Shown here piece after piece: positions 19,089 through 32,580 of a DNA stretch of 64,000 bases. Location of the stretch: positions 97,907 through 161,906 of the forward strand of contig CBFGTS010000010.1 in assembly GCA_965652295.1 (NCBI GenBank). The letters run 5' to 3'. Position 1 is the first letter of the stretch, and the number at the start of each line of letters is the position of its first letter. This stretch comes from an uncultured Haloferula sp. Lineage in GTDB: Bacteria > Verrucomicrobiota > Verrucomicrobiia > Verrucomicrobiales > Akkermansiaceae. The position numbers and the translations under genes are program-made. The notes beneath the pieces are model-generated. The model was not told the origin of the DNA. It saw only the letters and a list, made by a program, of their open reading frames with translations, and ran no database searches.

Positions 19089-21683
19089 ATGCAAAAAACG
19101 CCATCGCTACCGCATCGCACGACCGTTGCCGCCCTCCTGGCAGCGGCCGCCGTGACGCCGGTCCTCATGACAACGGCCCACGCCGGTGAGGGTGGATCAT
19201 ACGGCTACAGCAGCCTTGCCGAAAAGGAAATGATCCGCCGTCAACAGCAGGTCGCTGAATCCGACCGGCTTCGAGACGAAGCTCGTGAAGCCTACGCCAA
19301 CAAAGAGTACAAGGAGGCTTACGACAAATACAAGCAAGCGCTCCAGTTGCTGCCGGAAGCACCGCTTCTGGCCGACCGCCGCGACTTCTTGAAGGCTTCC
19401 CTCGCCGATGCCGCCGTGGCGCTCTCCGAGGAATACCGGCGCTTCGGCAAGTACGACGAAGCTCGTACCATGCTTGAGGAGGTTCTCGAAGAGGATCCGA
19501 ACAATTTCGACGCCCAGCGCGAACTCGAGTGGATCGATGATCCGATCCGCACGAACCCTGCCCTGACCGAGGAGCACACCAAGAACGTCGATGAAGTCCG
19601 CCGCGGCCTCTACACCGCCCAGGGTTACTACGACCTCGGTCAGTTCGATGAAGCCCACGACGCCTACGAGGACGTCCTGCGGATCGACAAATTCAACACC
19701 GCCGCCCGCCGCGGCATGGAGAAGGTGGCCGCCGCCAAGACGAGCTACTACCGCGCCGCCTACGACCAGACCCGCGCGGCACTCCTCGCGGAGGTTGACA
19801 AGGCCTGGGAATTGACCGTCCCGCCGGATGCCCCTGCGGTGGACGTGGGTCGCGGCACTGCGGTGCAAAAATCGGCCGGTTCGACCTACATCCTCCAGAA
19901 GCTCAAGAACATCGTCATTCCGATCATTGACTTCGAGGACACCTCCGTGGAGGAGGCGATCGATTACCTGCGTGTCCGCTCGATCGAACTCGATACCTTC
20001 GAGATGGATCCCGCCAAGAAGGGCATCAACTTCTTCATCCGCAAGCCTCGCACCGGCGGTGCCGACGCCGGTCTGGATGCAGGTGGTGAGGTGGCCGCCG
20101 CTCCGGGATCCCAGCGGATCGCCGAGCTCCGCCTGCGCAACGTGCCGCTTTCCGAAGCCCTCACCTACATCTGCGAGGCCACCCGCCTGCGCTGGTCGGT
20201 GGACGATTTCGCCGTGACCATCAAGCCGGCGACGGAGGTTGGTGAAGACCTCTTCACCCGGACCTACAACGTTCCGCCTGACTTCCTCGCCCGCATCAGC
20301 GGCGGGGGTGGCAGCGAAGAGGCCGCGGTGGACGATCCGTTCGCCACGGGTGGCGATACCGGGGGCAGTGCCTTGACACCCCGCATGAGCATCACCGAGG
20401 CCCTCAAGGCCAATGGAGTGAAGTTCCCGCCGGATGCTTCGGCCCAGTTCTTCGCCGCCAATTCGACGCTTCTCGTCCGCAACACGCCGACGAACCTCGA
20501 CATGATCGAGAACATCGTGAGCAGCACGGTGACCGAAGCGCCGAAGCAGGTGAAGATCTCGACCAAGTTCGTCGAAGTCGCCCAGGAGAACACCGATGAA
20601 CTCGGCTTCGACTGGATCCTGACTCCCTTCAACTTCAATGCAGCCAACGAGTTGTTCCTCGGTGGTGGCACGGTGGGCAGCGGCCAGTCCCGCACCAATG
20701 CCGACTTCATCAGCCCGGTGGACGGCACCACCATCCCGGGTATTCCGGCGGCAACCGCCCAGGACGTTTCGAACATCATCGGAGGCGGCAACCGCTCCGG
20801 TGATGGTGCGATCAATCGGGACAGCATCGCGGCCCTGTTGAACAACCCGAACCGTTCCGCGGACTCGGCCAGTGTGGCACCGGGAATCCTCTCGCTTACC
20901 GGCCTCTTCACCGATGGTCAGGTCCAGCTCATCATGCGCGGACTGAACCAGAAGAAGGGGACGGATCTGATGACCGCTCCCAGCGTGACCGCCCGGTCCG
21001 GTGAGAAGGCGACCATCGAAATCATCCGCGAGTTCATCTACCCCACCGAATACGAACCGCCGGAACTCCCGAACTCCGTCGGTTCCGGGACCACCTTCGG
21101 AGGCGGCGGTCTCTTTGGCACCGGTGGCGCTTCCTCGTTCCCGGTGACGCCGGCGACTCCCACGTCGTTTGAAACCCGGAATACCGGTGTGACGTTGGAA
21201 ATCGCTCCCAACATCGGTTCCAACGACTTCGTGATCGACCTCAACTTCGCTCCGGAAATCGTCGAATTCGAAGGCTTCGTGAACTACGGAAGCCCGATCC
21301 AATCGCCTTCAACCGACCTTCTCGGCAACCCGACCACCGTCGTGATCACCGAGAACCGCATCGAGATGCCGGTCTTCTCGAAGCGCAGCGTGAACACCGC
21401 GTTGACGATCTTCGATGGCTACACTGTCGCGGTGGGCGGTCTGATGCGGGAAGACGTGCAGAACGTTGAGGACAAGGTGCCGATCTTGGGCGACCTGCCC
21501 ATCATTGGACGTCTCTTCCAGAGCAAGGCCGAAAACCATATCAAGAGCAACATGATCATCTTCGTGACCGCCGAGATCATTGACGCGACCGGACGCCCGA
21601 TCAGCCGTTCTTCGGCACCAGTCGACACCGGCATGCCGGGTGGTATGGATGCCACCGTGCTTCCTGATTTGCCCTCGCCGTAA
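19089..21683 (+). CDS. Secretin (PilQ/GspD family) with N-terminal TPRs (Amuc_1098-like)
   Basis: Signal peptide; TPR helices; IPIIDFEDTSVEEAIDYLR (N0/STN); QVKISTKFVEV; LMTAPSVTARSGEKATI; RNTGVTLEIAP; KVPILGDLPIIGRLFQS. Confidence 0.92.
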   Translation: MQKTPSLPHRTTVAALLAAAAVTPVLMTTAHAGEGGSYGYSSLAEKEMIRRQQQVAESDRLRDEAREAYANKEYKEAYDKYKQALQLLPEAPLLADRRDFLKASLADAAVALSEEYRRFGKYDEARTMLEEVLEEDPNNFDAQRELEWIDDPIRTNPALTEEHTKNVDEVRRGLYTAQGYYDLGQFDEAHDAYEDVLRIDKFNTAARRGMEKVAAAKTSYYRAAYDQTRAALLAEVDKAWELTVPPDAPAVDVGRGTAVQKSAGSTYILQKLKNIVIPIIDFEDTSVEEAIDYLRVRSIELDTFEMDPAKKGINFFIRKPRTGGADAGLDAGGEVAAAPGSQRIAELRLRNVPLSEALTYICEATRLRWSVDDFAVTIKPATEVGEDLFTRTYNVPPDFLARISGGGGSEEAAVDDPFATGGDTGGSALTPRMSITEALKANGVKFPPDASAQFFAANSTLLVRNTPTNLDMIENIVSSTVTEAPKQVKISTKFVEVAQENTDELGFDWILTPFNFNAANELFLGGGTVGSGQSRTNADFISPVDGTTIPGIPAATAQDVSNIIGGGNRSGDGAINRDSIAALLNNPNRSADSASVAPGILSLTGLFTDGQVQLIMRGLNQKKGTDLMTAPSVTARSGEKATIEIIREFIYPTEYEPPELPNSVGSGTTFGGGGLFGTGGASSFPVTPATPTSFETRNTGVTLEIAPNIGSNDFVIDLNFAPEIVEFEGFVNYGSPIQSPSTDLLGNPTTVVITENRIEMPVFSKRSVNTALTIFDGYTVAVGGLMREDVQNVEDKVPILGDLPIIGRLFQSKAENHIKSNMIIFVTAEIIDATGRPISRSSAPVDTGMPGGMDATVLPDLPSP

Positions 21684-21709
21684 GGGAGAGCCCGAAGCAG
21701 ATTCCATTT

Positions 21710-21743
21710 GCGGGCGGAGGGAAGTTTCCCTCCGCCCGCTTTT
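21710..21743 (+). terminator. Intrinsic terminator after the secretin gene
   Basis: GCGGGCGGAGGGAA-gt-TTCCCTCCGCCCGC perfect inverted repeat followed by TTTT. Confidence 0.8.
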
Positions 21744-21753
21744 GTTCCAGACG

Positions 21754-22368
21754 ATGACGACCCGATACCTCGCGCTTACCGGCGGCATCGCCAGTGGCAA
21801 GTCCACCGCCGCCTTTGAAATGGAACGTCTCTGCCCCGGCTTGGTGCGCTTCGACAGCGATGCCTGCGTGCGGCGACTTTTGGGCGAAGATGAAGGAGTC
21901 ATCCGCCGTGTACGGGAACGCTTTGGGGAGGAGTGCCTCGATGCCTCGGGAAGCAAGGTGGATCGCCCGGCTCTGAGGGCGAAGGTCTTTGGCGACAGCG
22001 CGGCCCGGCGGGATCTCGAACGCCTGTTGCACCCGCGGGTGCGGGAGGAATGTCTTGCAGTTTCCAGGCAGGCCTCCAAGCTCGGCGCGCCCCTGTTCCT
22101 GGCTGAGGTGCCTCTGTTGTTTGAAGGAGGGTTTCATTTCGGGCAGGAAAGGAATCTCGTTGTTGCGGTGAGCCGGGCGACCCAGCTGCAGCGCCTTATG
22201 GCCCGGAGCGGCTTTCCCTCCGACCTTGGCGAGGCGATCCTTTCCAGCCAGATGCCGATGGAGCAGAAGGTGCTTCGAGCCGACACCGTTTTCTGGAACG
22301 AGGGCCCGAAGGTGGTGTTGACCGCACAGATCCAGCGATTTCTCAAAATTTATAGCCATGAGCGATGA
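21754..22368 (+). CDS. coaE: Dephospho-CoA kinase
   Basis: LALTGGIASGKST, VDRPALRAKVF, LERLLHPRV, EVPLLFE, SQMPMEQK. Confidence 0.93.
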   Translation: MTTRYLALTGGIASGKSTAAFEMERLCPGLVRFDSDACVRRLLGEDEGVIRRVRERFGEECLDASGSKVDRPALRAKVFGDSAARRDLERLLHPRVREECLAVSRQASKLGAPLFLAEVPLLFEGGFHFGQERNLVVAVSRATQLQRLMARSGFPSDLGEAILSSQMPMEQKVLRADTVFWNEGPKVVLTAQIQRFLKIYSHER

Positions 22369-23686
22369 CGCGAAGGAAGTGACCGAGACCGACCGAACCG
22401 GAGAGGCGACGGTGCAGTCCCCGGCGGCGGGGGTAATGGACATCAACGAGTTCCGGGCAAAGCCTCTCGCGGAGTTGCAGGCCATGGCGGAGGTATTGCC
22501 GCGCCGCCTGCCCGTGGCACCGACCAAGGCGCAGCTGATCTTCGACCTGCTGAGCTTCCACGCCCGCGAGGGAACCACCTTGGTCGGAGAGGGTGTGATC
22601 GAGCAGGCCAAGGAGAACTACGCCATGCTGCGCGACCCGCTGCGGAGCTTCCGGACCTCGCCGGACGACATCCACGTTTCGGGCAATCTCCTGCGCGAGT
22701 TTGGAATCAAGCCCGGTCACCGGGTGAAGGTCCGCGTCCGCTGCCCGCGCGAGCGTGACAAGTTTCTCACCGCGACGGAGATTGTGGAAATCGAAGGGGT
22801 TCCGGCGCAGGATTTCGTCCCCGGCCGGGATTTTGACAAGCTGACACCGCTTTTCCCGAATCAGCGCCTGATGTTGGAGGGCAAAGGACCGGACGCTCTT
22901 GCGCCGCGGATCATCGATCTCGTCGCGCCTCTCGGAAAAGGCCAGCGTGGCCTGATCGTCGCACCACCTCGCGGGGGGAAGACCATCCTCCTCAAGCAGA
23001 TCGCCAAGGCCATCAAGCGCAACCATCCCGAGGTCGATCTGATCATCCTGCTGCTGGACGAGCGTCCCGAGGAGGTGACGGATTTCGAGGAAACCGTGGG
23101 GGCCACCGTGTTCGCCTCGACCTTTGACGAGCCTGCCAAGCGGCATGCCCAGGTCGCCGATCTCGTGATCGAGCGGGCCCAGCGGCTCGTCGAGCAGAAG
23201 AAAGACGTGGTGGTGCTGCTCGACAGCCTTACGAGGCTGGCCCGCGGCCACAATTCCGCACTGCAGGGAGGAGGTCCCATCGGAAGCGGTGGCATCAGTC
23301 CGAAGGCCCTGCAGCAGTCGCGAAAGTTTTTCGGATACGCCCGCAACGTCGAGGAGGGCGGAAGCCTGACCGTTCTGGCGACCGCGCTCATCGAGACGGA
23401 GAGCCGGATGGACGACGTCATCTTCGAGGAATTCAAGGGAACCGGCAACATGGAGGTCCGGCTGGATCGCGAGCTTGCCGAGCGTCGGATCTACCCCGCC
23501 ATTCACATCCCCCAAAGCGGGACGAGGAATGACGACCGGCTTTTCCATCCTGACGAATTCGCCAGAGTTCTCGACATCCGGCGCCAGCTCGCGCAGCTGC
23601 CGGTGGGCGAAGCGATCGAAACTTTGATGACAAATGTGGCAGCCACGCAATCCAACGCCGAGCTGCTCCTGCGCGGAATCCGATGA
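22358..23686 (+). CDS. rho: Transcription termination factor Rho
   Basis: APLGKGQRGLIVAPPRGGKT, LLDERPEEVTD, ASTFDEP, LDSLTRLAR, EEFKGTGNME, IYPAI..SGTR. Overlaps coaE by 11 nt. Confidence 0.97.
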   Translation: MSDDAKEVTETDRTGEATVQSPAAGVMDINEFRAKPLAELQAMAEVLPRRLPVAPTKAQLIFDLLSFHAREGTTLVGEGVIEQAKENYAMLRDPLRSFRTSPDDIHVSGNLLREFGIKPGHRVKVRVRCPRERDKFLTATEIVEIEGVPAQDFVPGRDFDKLTPLFPNQRLMLEGKGPDALAPRIIDLVAPLGKGQRGLIVAPPRGGKTILLKQIAKAIKRNHPEVDLIILLLDERPEEVTDFEETVGATVFASTFDEPAKRHAQVADLVIERAQRLVEQKKDVVVLLDSLTRLARGHNSALQGGGPIGSGGISPKALQQSRKFFGYARNVEEGGSLTVLATALIETESRMDDVIFEEFKGTGNMEVRLDRELAERRIYPAIHIPQSGTRNDDRLFHPDEFARVLDIRRQLAQLPVGEAIETLMTNVAATQSNAELLLRGIR

Positions 23687-23743
23687 GGTTCCGCGGCAGA
23701 AAAACGCTTGCAAGCCGCTAGGCGAAATCGGACTTTTCCAAAA

Positions 23744-25423
23744 ATGAAACCCTTCTCCATCGCAATCATTCCGTTTGCTGCTGCCGCAGCGATGTCGATG
23801 CCTGCAGCATACGGCCAGGTGGTCCTGCAGCTGGCATCTGCCAAAGATTTTCAGCAAACCGGCCCCAGCGGAGCCAGCATGCAGTTCCGCCGCGGCCTGA
23901 TGAACGTGAATTTGAGGGACGGCTCCGCATGGGCGGTCGGCTGCTTCGGGCTCGCGCCGCTTCCCCAGTACATCCCTGAAGGGGTGATCGGGTGCCCTCT
24001 TGGCACTACGGGTTACGTCGCCTTTGGCGACGGGGATGGAGACGGACTTTTTGACGACGCTGGATTCTGGTCGTTGAGTTCGATCGGCCCTGCCACCCTG
24101 ATCGAACCCTTTCAGGAAGGTCTCTGCTCAATGATCGCCGCCCCGCCTTCGCAGTTGCCGCGGACGCTCTCGAATTTCCAAGATCAGAGCTGGTTGATTT
24201 ACTACAACCTCCACACTGCTACGATTCTGGAGTACGTCGTTACTGAGTATGATCTGGACCGGGAGTATGCTGCCGGTGCCATCGGCTGGCAGAAAATGGA
24301 TAAGGAACTCGTCACGGGACAGTACGTGTTTTCGTTCCCCCTGCGCAATCGTCCGGTGCAGAGTGTTCCGGTGGCGGTGACGCACCACGCCATGCCGGAG
24401 GGATACGGGCTGCACCACCGGTATCCGAAGGAAGATTTCCATTTTGTCGGAGGAACGTGGGATTCAAACGGATTCTACCTCATGGATCCCAACCTTGGCG
24501 GGACGATCTCCTGGACAGGCAACAATGTTGGCAATGTGAGCCCATCCGCGGACGTCCTGAGGTTCATGATCCTCGACGAGCTGCCTCTCCGTGATCCTGC
24601 GTCCCCGATGAGGACGTTTGATATCGGTGCTTACGATCAGCGCGAGGATGCTGCCCTGTTCTGGGACCTGCTGCTTGATATCGATGACCTCGACCCGACC
24701 GTAGACATCGGGAATGATGACAATCCGAATGTTTATACCCCCTATGAGGACGACGATGAATTCCTGCCAGCCGTGGAGTTCCCGCCGACCCGGGTGCCGT
24801 TGCAAATCCCAAGTCCCTACACCCAGCAGTACTCTTTGGCCCCCGGCTTTTTCCGGGCGGGAGAGCAGAAGGTGATTCAAGTACGTTTCGATCGGATTCT
24901 CGGAACCACGTCCGCTGCCTATGATTCATCAGTCCGCCTGTTTCACGCGAATGTCCGCTTTGTGAACACGTATGCTGGATACGCCTCGCTCAAGTTCCCT
25001 TCCGGTGAGGATCCACTTCTGACGGCTGCAAACGGCGACTACGATGGAGATGGGGTCTCGAATATCGACGAGATGACCGTTGGGACGGATCCGGCCGACG
25101 ATGCAGATGTGCCCGTGCCGCTCGCGGCAACCGCGGATGAGGAGGGTGACACCGTCTCATTCACCTACGAACTGGCACCGGATGTCCACGTCAACGACTA
25201 CCTCTTGATCACGGACACCGGCACCAACCAAACATGGAAGGTGTCCGCGACCAATTCGAACTGGATTGTGACTCGCGAGACGGAGGTGCAGATCGTCGAG
25301 GATCCGGTTACCGACCGGGAGTTCGCGCACACCATCGTGACGGTGACGGTCCGCAGCCGGGCTCCCATGCTGCCCGACAATCTTGTCGCCCGGGTCGGCG
25401 CGACGGCCATCTCGCTCAAGTGA
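23744..25423 (+). CDS. Uncharacterised secreted protein with Ca-binding-type Asp motifs
   Basis: Signal peptide MKPFSIAIIPFAAAAAMSMPAAYG; DGDGDGLFDD; C-terminal DYDGDGVSNIDEMTVGTDP followed by a ~95-aa beta-rich domain. Confidence 0.8.
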   Translation: MKPFSIAIIPFAAAAAMSMPAAYGQVVLQLASAKDFQQTGPSGASMQFRRGLMNVNLRDGSAWAVGCFGLAPLPQYIPEGVIGCPLGTTGYVAFGDGDGDGLFDDAGFWSLSSIGPATLIEPFQEGLCSMIAAPPSQLPRTLSNFQDQSWLIYYNLHTATILEYVVTEYDLDREYAAGAIGWQKMDKELVTGQYVFSFPLRNRPVQSVPVAVTHHAMPEGYGLHHRYPKEDFHFVGGTWDSNGFYLMDPNLGGTISWTGNNVGNVSPSADVLRFMILDELPLRDPASPMRTFDIGAYDQREDAALFWDLLLDIDDLDPTVDIGNDDNPNVYTPYEDDDEFLPAVEFPPTRVPLQIPSPYTQQYSLAPGFFRAGEQKVIQVRFDRILGTTSAAYDSSVRLFHANVRFVNTYAGYASLKFPSGEDPLLTAANGDYDGDGVSNIDEMTVGTDPADDADVPVPLAATADEEGDTVSFTYELAPDVHVNDYLLITDTGTNQTWKVSATNSNWIVTRETEVQIVEDPVTDREFAHTIVTVTVRSRAPMLPDNLVARVGATAISLK

Positions 25424-25501
25424 ACCTTGGAGAGGGAGCGCCAGAGAGCGGGAGGCACATCAACCGTGAGGTCGGACCTTCCGAAGAGGAGAGCGAAGCA
25501 T

Positions 25502-29267
<3,766 letters not shown>

Positions 29268-29309
29268 TCCGGCCCCTCCTGCTAATCCTGCTTTCCTAAT
29301 TTTTTCATC

Positions 29310-31913
29310 ATGTCCGACGAGACGATCAACAAGATCAGCGTGGCCGATGAGATGTCGAAGTCGTTCCTCGACTATTCGATGTCGGTCATCATTTCCCGGG
29401 CCCTTCCCGATGTCCGGGACGGCCTGAAACCCTCCCAGCGTCGCCTGCTGTATGCGATGCACCACGACCTTTCCCTGAGCCCGGGCAAGCAGCACATGAA
29501 GTGCGCCGCGATCGTCGGGGAAACGATGAAAAGCTATCACCCCCACGGTGATGGCGCGATTTATCCGACGCTCGTGAACATGGCCCAGCCGTGGACGATG
29601 CGGGAAACGCTGGTCGACGGGCAAGGCAACTTCGGTTCGGTGGAAGGCGATGCTCCTGCGGCGATGCGTTATACCGAGGCCCGTCTCACCGATGCCGGCT
29701 CCCTGATGATGGCGGACATCGAGAAGGACACCGTCGATCACCAGATCACCTACGACGAGCGCAACAAGGAACCCGTCGTCCTCCCCGCTGCCATTCCGAA
29801 CCTGCTGGTCAACGGTGGCACAGGCATCGCGGTCGGCATGGCCACCAACATCCCCGCCCACAATCTCGGCGAGGTGATCGATGGCGTGTGTGCCCGGATC
29901 GATGATCCGAACATGTCGATCGAGGAGATGAAGACCCACATCAAGGGTCCAGATTTCGCCTCCGCCTGCGAAATCCGCGGCTACAAGGGGATCGACAGCT
30001 ATTTCCGCACCGGCCGGGGATCGATCAAGATGCGCGGTGTGATGGAAGTGGATGAGAGCGCCACCGGCGCGGCGATCATCACCATCCGTCAGGTGCCCCA
30101 TGGGGTGAACCGTGCCGTGCTCCAGCAGCGGATTGCCGAACTCGTCCGCGAGAAGGTGCTGACGGACATCTCGGGCATGCGCGACCTTTCCGATGACGAG
30201 ACGCGCATCGAGATCACGCTCAAGCGCGACGCGCGACCGCAGGTGGTGGTCAACCAGCTTTTCAAGCTGACGGCGATGGAGACCTCGTTCGGGGTCAACA
30301 TGCTGGCGATCCACGAGCGCCGGCCGAAGCAGCTTTCCCTGATGGATGCCATCGATGCCTTCATCGAGCACCGCCGCGAAGTCATCGTCCGCCGGACGAA
30401 GTTCCTCCTCAAGAAGGCGCAGGACCGCGCCGAGAATCTGGAAGCCTTCCTGTTGGCGCTGGGCCATCTCGATGAGTTCATCAAGATGATCCGCGATTCG
30501 AAGAACCGCGACGAGGCGCGCGAGAAGATCCGCAACCGCCACTTCGATCTCGCGGTGGCGGAGCAGCTCGGGATCCTCATCTATTCCCAGCCGAGCGTGA
30601 AGGGGGACAAGTATGTCTTCACCGAGCGCCAGGTGAACGCGATCCTCGATCTCCGGCTCTATCAGCTCACGGCGATGGAGCAGGACAAGATCAAGGCCGA
30701 ATACGACGGCGTTCTGGAGGAAATCAAGGACCTCCTCGACATCCTCGCCAAGGAGTCGCGCGTGCTCACGATCATCAAGGACGAGCTTCAGGCGATCAAA
30801 GAGAAGCACGCCACCCCGCGCCGCTGCCCGATCCTGCCGGACGAGGGCGAGATCGCCATTGAGGACCTCATTGCCAACGATGGCATGATCGTCACCCTCA
30901 GCCACCGCGGCTATGTGAAGCGCACGCCGGCCAGTGAGTACCGCGTGCAGGGCCGCGGCGGGAAGGGTGTCCGCGGCATGGAGACACGGGGCGCGAACGA
31001 CGAGGAGGAAAAGGATTTCGTCGAGCAGCTCTTCTCCGTCCAGGCGCACGATTACCTGATGTTCTTCACCAACACCGGCCGCGTCTATGTCGAGCGGGTG
31101 TATGAAATCCCCGAAGGCTCCCGGGCTTCCAAGGGCCGCAGCATCAAGAACGTGCTGAACCTCCAGCCGGAAGAAACCATCGCCGCGATGCTGCGCCTCG
31201 AGCGCGTCACCGACGAGGATGGCAATGACGTCACCTTCCGTGAAGATGCGGGCTACGTGTTCTTCGCGACCCGCAGCGGCAAGGTGAAAAAGACCGCGCT
31301 CAATGATTTCCGCAACTACCGGAAGGACGGCATCATCGCCATCAAACTGGAGGAGGGGAACACCCTCATCGGCGCGTGGCTGACCAGCGGCAAGGACGAG
31401 GTCGTGCTGGTGACCCGCAAGGGCCTGAGCATCCGCTTCCCCGAGGAGCAGGCACGGCCGCTCGGCCGGGCGACCGCGGGCGTGACGGGCATCCGGCCGG
31501 CGGAGGACGACTACGTCGTGGCGCTCTCACTGGTTTCCGAAGAGGCGACCCTGCTGGTGGCTTCCGAGAATGGAATCGGCAAACGCACGCCCTTCGCCGA
31601 CTACCGCGTCCAGAGCCGCGGTGGCAAGGGGATCATCACCATGAAGGTGGGCGACAAGACCGGCGACGTGGTGGGTGCCGTGGCCGTGACCGAGGCCGAC
31701 GAGTTGATGCTCATGACCTCCGGAGGCCAGAGCATCCGCATCCGCGTCTCCGAAGTCCGCGAAGCCGGCCGCAACACCATGGGAGTGAAGCTCCTCAGCC
31801 TGCGTGGCGCAGAGAAACTTCAGGACATCGCTTTGGTGGTGCCGGATGGCGAGGAGTCCGACGCCGGTGACGAACCTGAGGATGACGCTGCCGAGGTGCC
31901 GCCGGAGTCGTGA
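29310..31913 (+). CDS. gyrA: DNA gyrase subunit A
   Basis: RALPDVRDGLKP, YHPHGD, AAMRYTEAR (catalytic Tyr), GyrA-box QGRGGKG, acidic C-terminal tail. Confidence 0.98.
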   Translation: MSDETINKISVADEMSKSFLDYSMSVIISRALPDVRDGLKPSQRRLLYAMHHDLSLSPGKQHMKCAAIVGETMKSYHPHGDGAIYPTLVNMAQPWTMRETLVDGQGNFGSVEGDAPAAMRYTEARLTDAGSLMMADIEKDTVDHQITYDERNKEPVVLPAAIPNLLVNGGTGIAVGMATNIPAHNLGEVIDGVCARIDDPNMSIEEMKTHIKGPDFASACEIRGYKGIDSYFRTGRGSIKMRGVMEVDESATGAAIITIRQVPHGVNRAVLQQRIAELVREKVLTDISGMRDLSDDETRIEITLKRDARPQVVVNQLFKLTAMETSFGVNMLAIHERRPKQLSLMDAIDAFIEHRREVIVRRTKFLLKKAQDRAENLEAFLLALGHLDEFIKMIRDSKNRDEAREKIRNRHFDLAVAEQLGILIYSQPSVKGDKYVFTERQVNAILDLRLYQLTAMEQDKIKAEYDGVLEEIKDLLDILAKESRVLTIIKDELQAIKEKHATPRRCPILPDEGEIAIEDLIANDGMIVTLSHRGYVKRTPASEYRVQGRGGKGVRGMETRGANDEEEKDFVEQLFSVQAHDYLMFFTNTGRVYVERVYEIPEGSRASKGRSIKNVLNLQPEETIAAMLRLERVTDEDGNDVTFREDAGYVFFATRSGKVKKTALNDFRNYRKDGIIAIKLEEGNTLIGAWLTSGKDEVVLVTRKGLSIRFPEEQARPLGRATAGVTGIRPAEDDYVVALSLVSEEATLLVASENGIGKRTPFADYRVQSRGGKGIITMKVGDKTGDVVGAVAVTEADELMLMTSGGQSIRIRVSEVREAGRNTMGVKLLSLRGAEKLQDIALVVPDGEESDAGDEPEDDAAEVPPES

Positions 31914-32563
31914 AAGTAGGTTTCCGGATTCTCGCTTTGCTCGCTCTGTTGGGGTTGCTCGGTTTTTACGGGAATCTGGAAACCACGAAACAACCGAAAG
32001 CCGGTCCTGCTGCTGAAGAATCCCTTGAGGAGAATCGTCCGACGCAGCGTTTCCAAGAGGGTGAGGCTTTCCCAAGTCCGGCGGGCAAGGATCGCGTGCG
32101 CAGTGAGCCCGGCTCGTCGATTCGGTCGAAGCTGGCCATCGGCCGCGGCGAAGTGGGCGTATTCTCCCTGCCGGCGAGTTCCATGCGCTCAGTCTTGGGA
32201 GCCATGGAACGGCTCCAAGCTGAGGGCGGGGCCGCGTTCAGGGATCCGACGCAGTCCGAGTGGCCCGAGGGCGTCGCGGTCGTTGGGATTCTCTCTAAAA
32301 AGCAGGCCGAAGCTTTGTTGATTGATGAGAAAGTCGGGTCCGCAGTGGTTGGAGAGCAGCGTGTTCGGGCTGGCGGACTCCTTCGCGTGACTGCCGAGAT
32401 CTCCGCCCAACAGGAGTTTGTCACGTCGATGGAGATCACCGTGGACGAGGTTGAGACTGGCTCCAAAATTCGGACGAATCTGAGTTGTTGCCCTGGCTCG
32501 ATCGTCCTCGTCAAGTCGAGCGGAACGGCTCCGACCGGAGCGGTGGTCGTCGTGGGAGAATGA
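31910..32563 (+). CDS. Hypothetical membrane-anchored protein
   Basis: GTG start overlapping the gyrA stop (GTGA); N-terminal hydrophobic helix; no family recognised. Confidence 0.55.
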   Translation: MKVGFRILALLALLGLLGFYGNLETTKQPKAGPAAEESLEENRPTQRFQEGEAFPSPAGKDRVRSEPGSSIRSKLAIGRGEVGVFSLPASSMRSVLGAMERLQAEGGAAFRDPTQSEWPEGVAVVGILSKKQAEALLIDEKVGSAVVGEQRVRAGGLLRVTAEISAQQEFVTSMEITVDEVETGSKIRTNLSCCPGSIVLVKSSGTAPTGAVVVVGE

Positions 32564-32580
32564 CGCCGGCTCCGATGATC

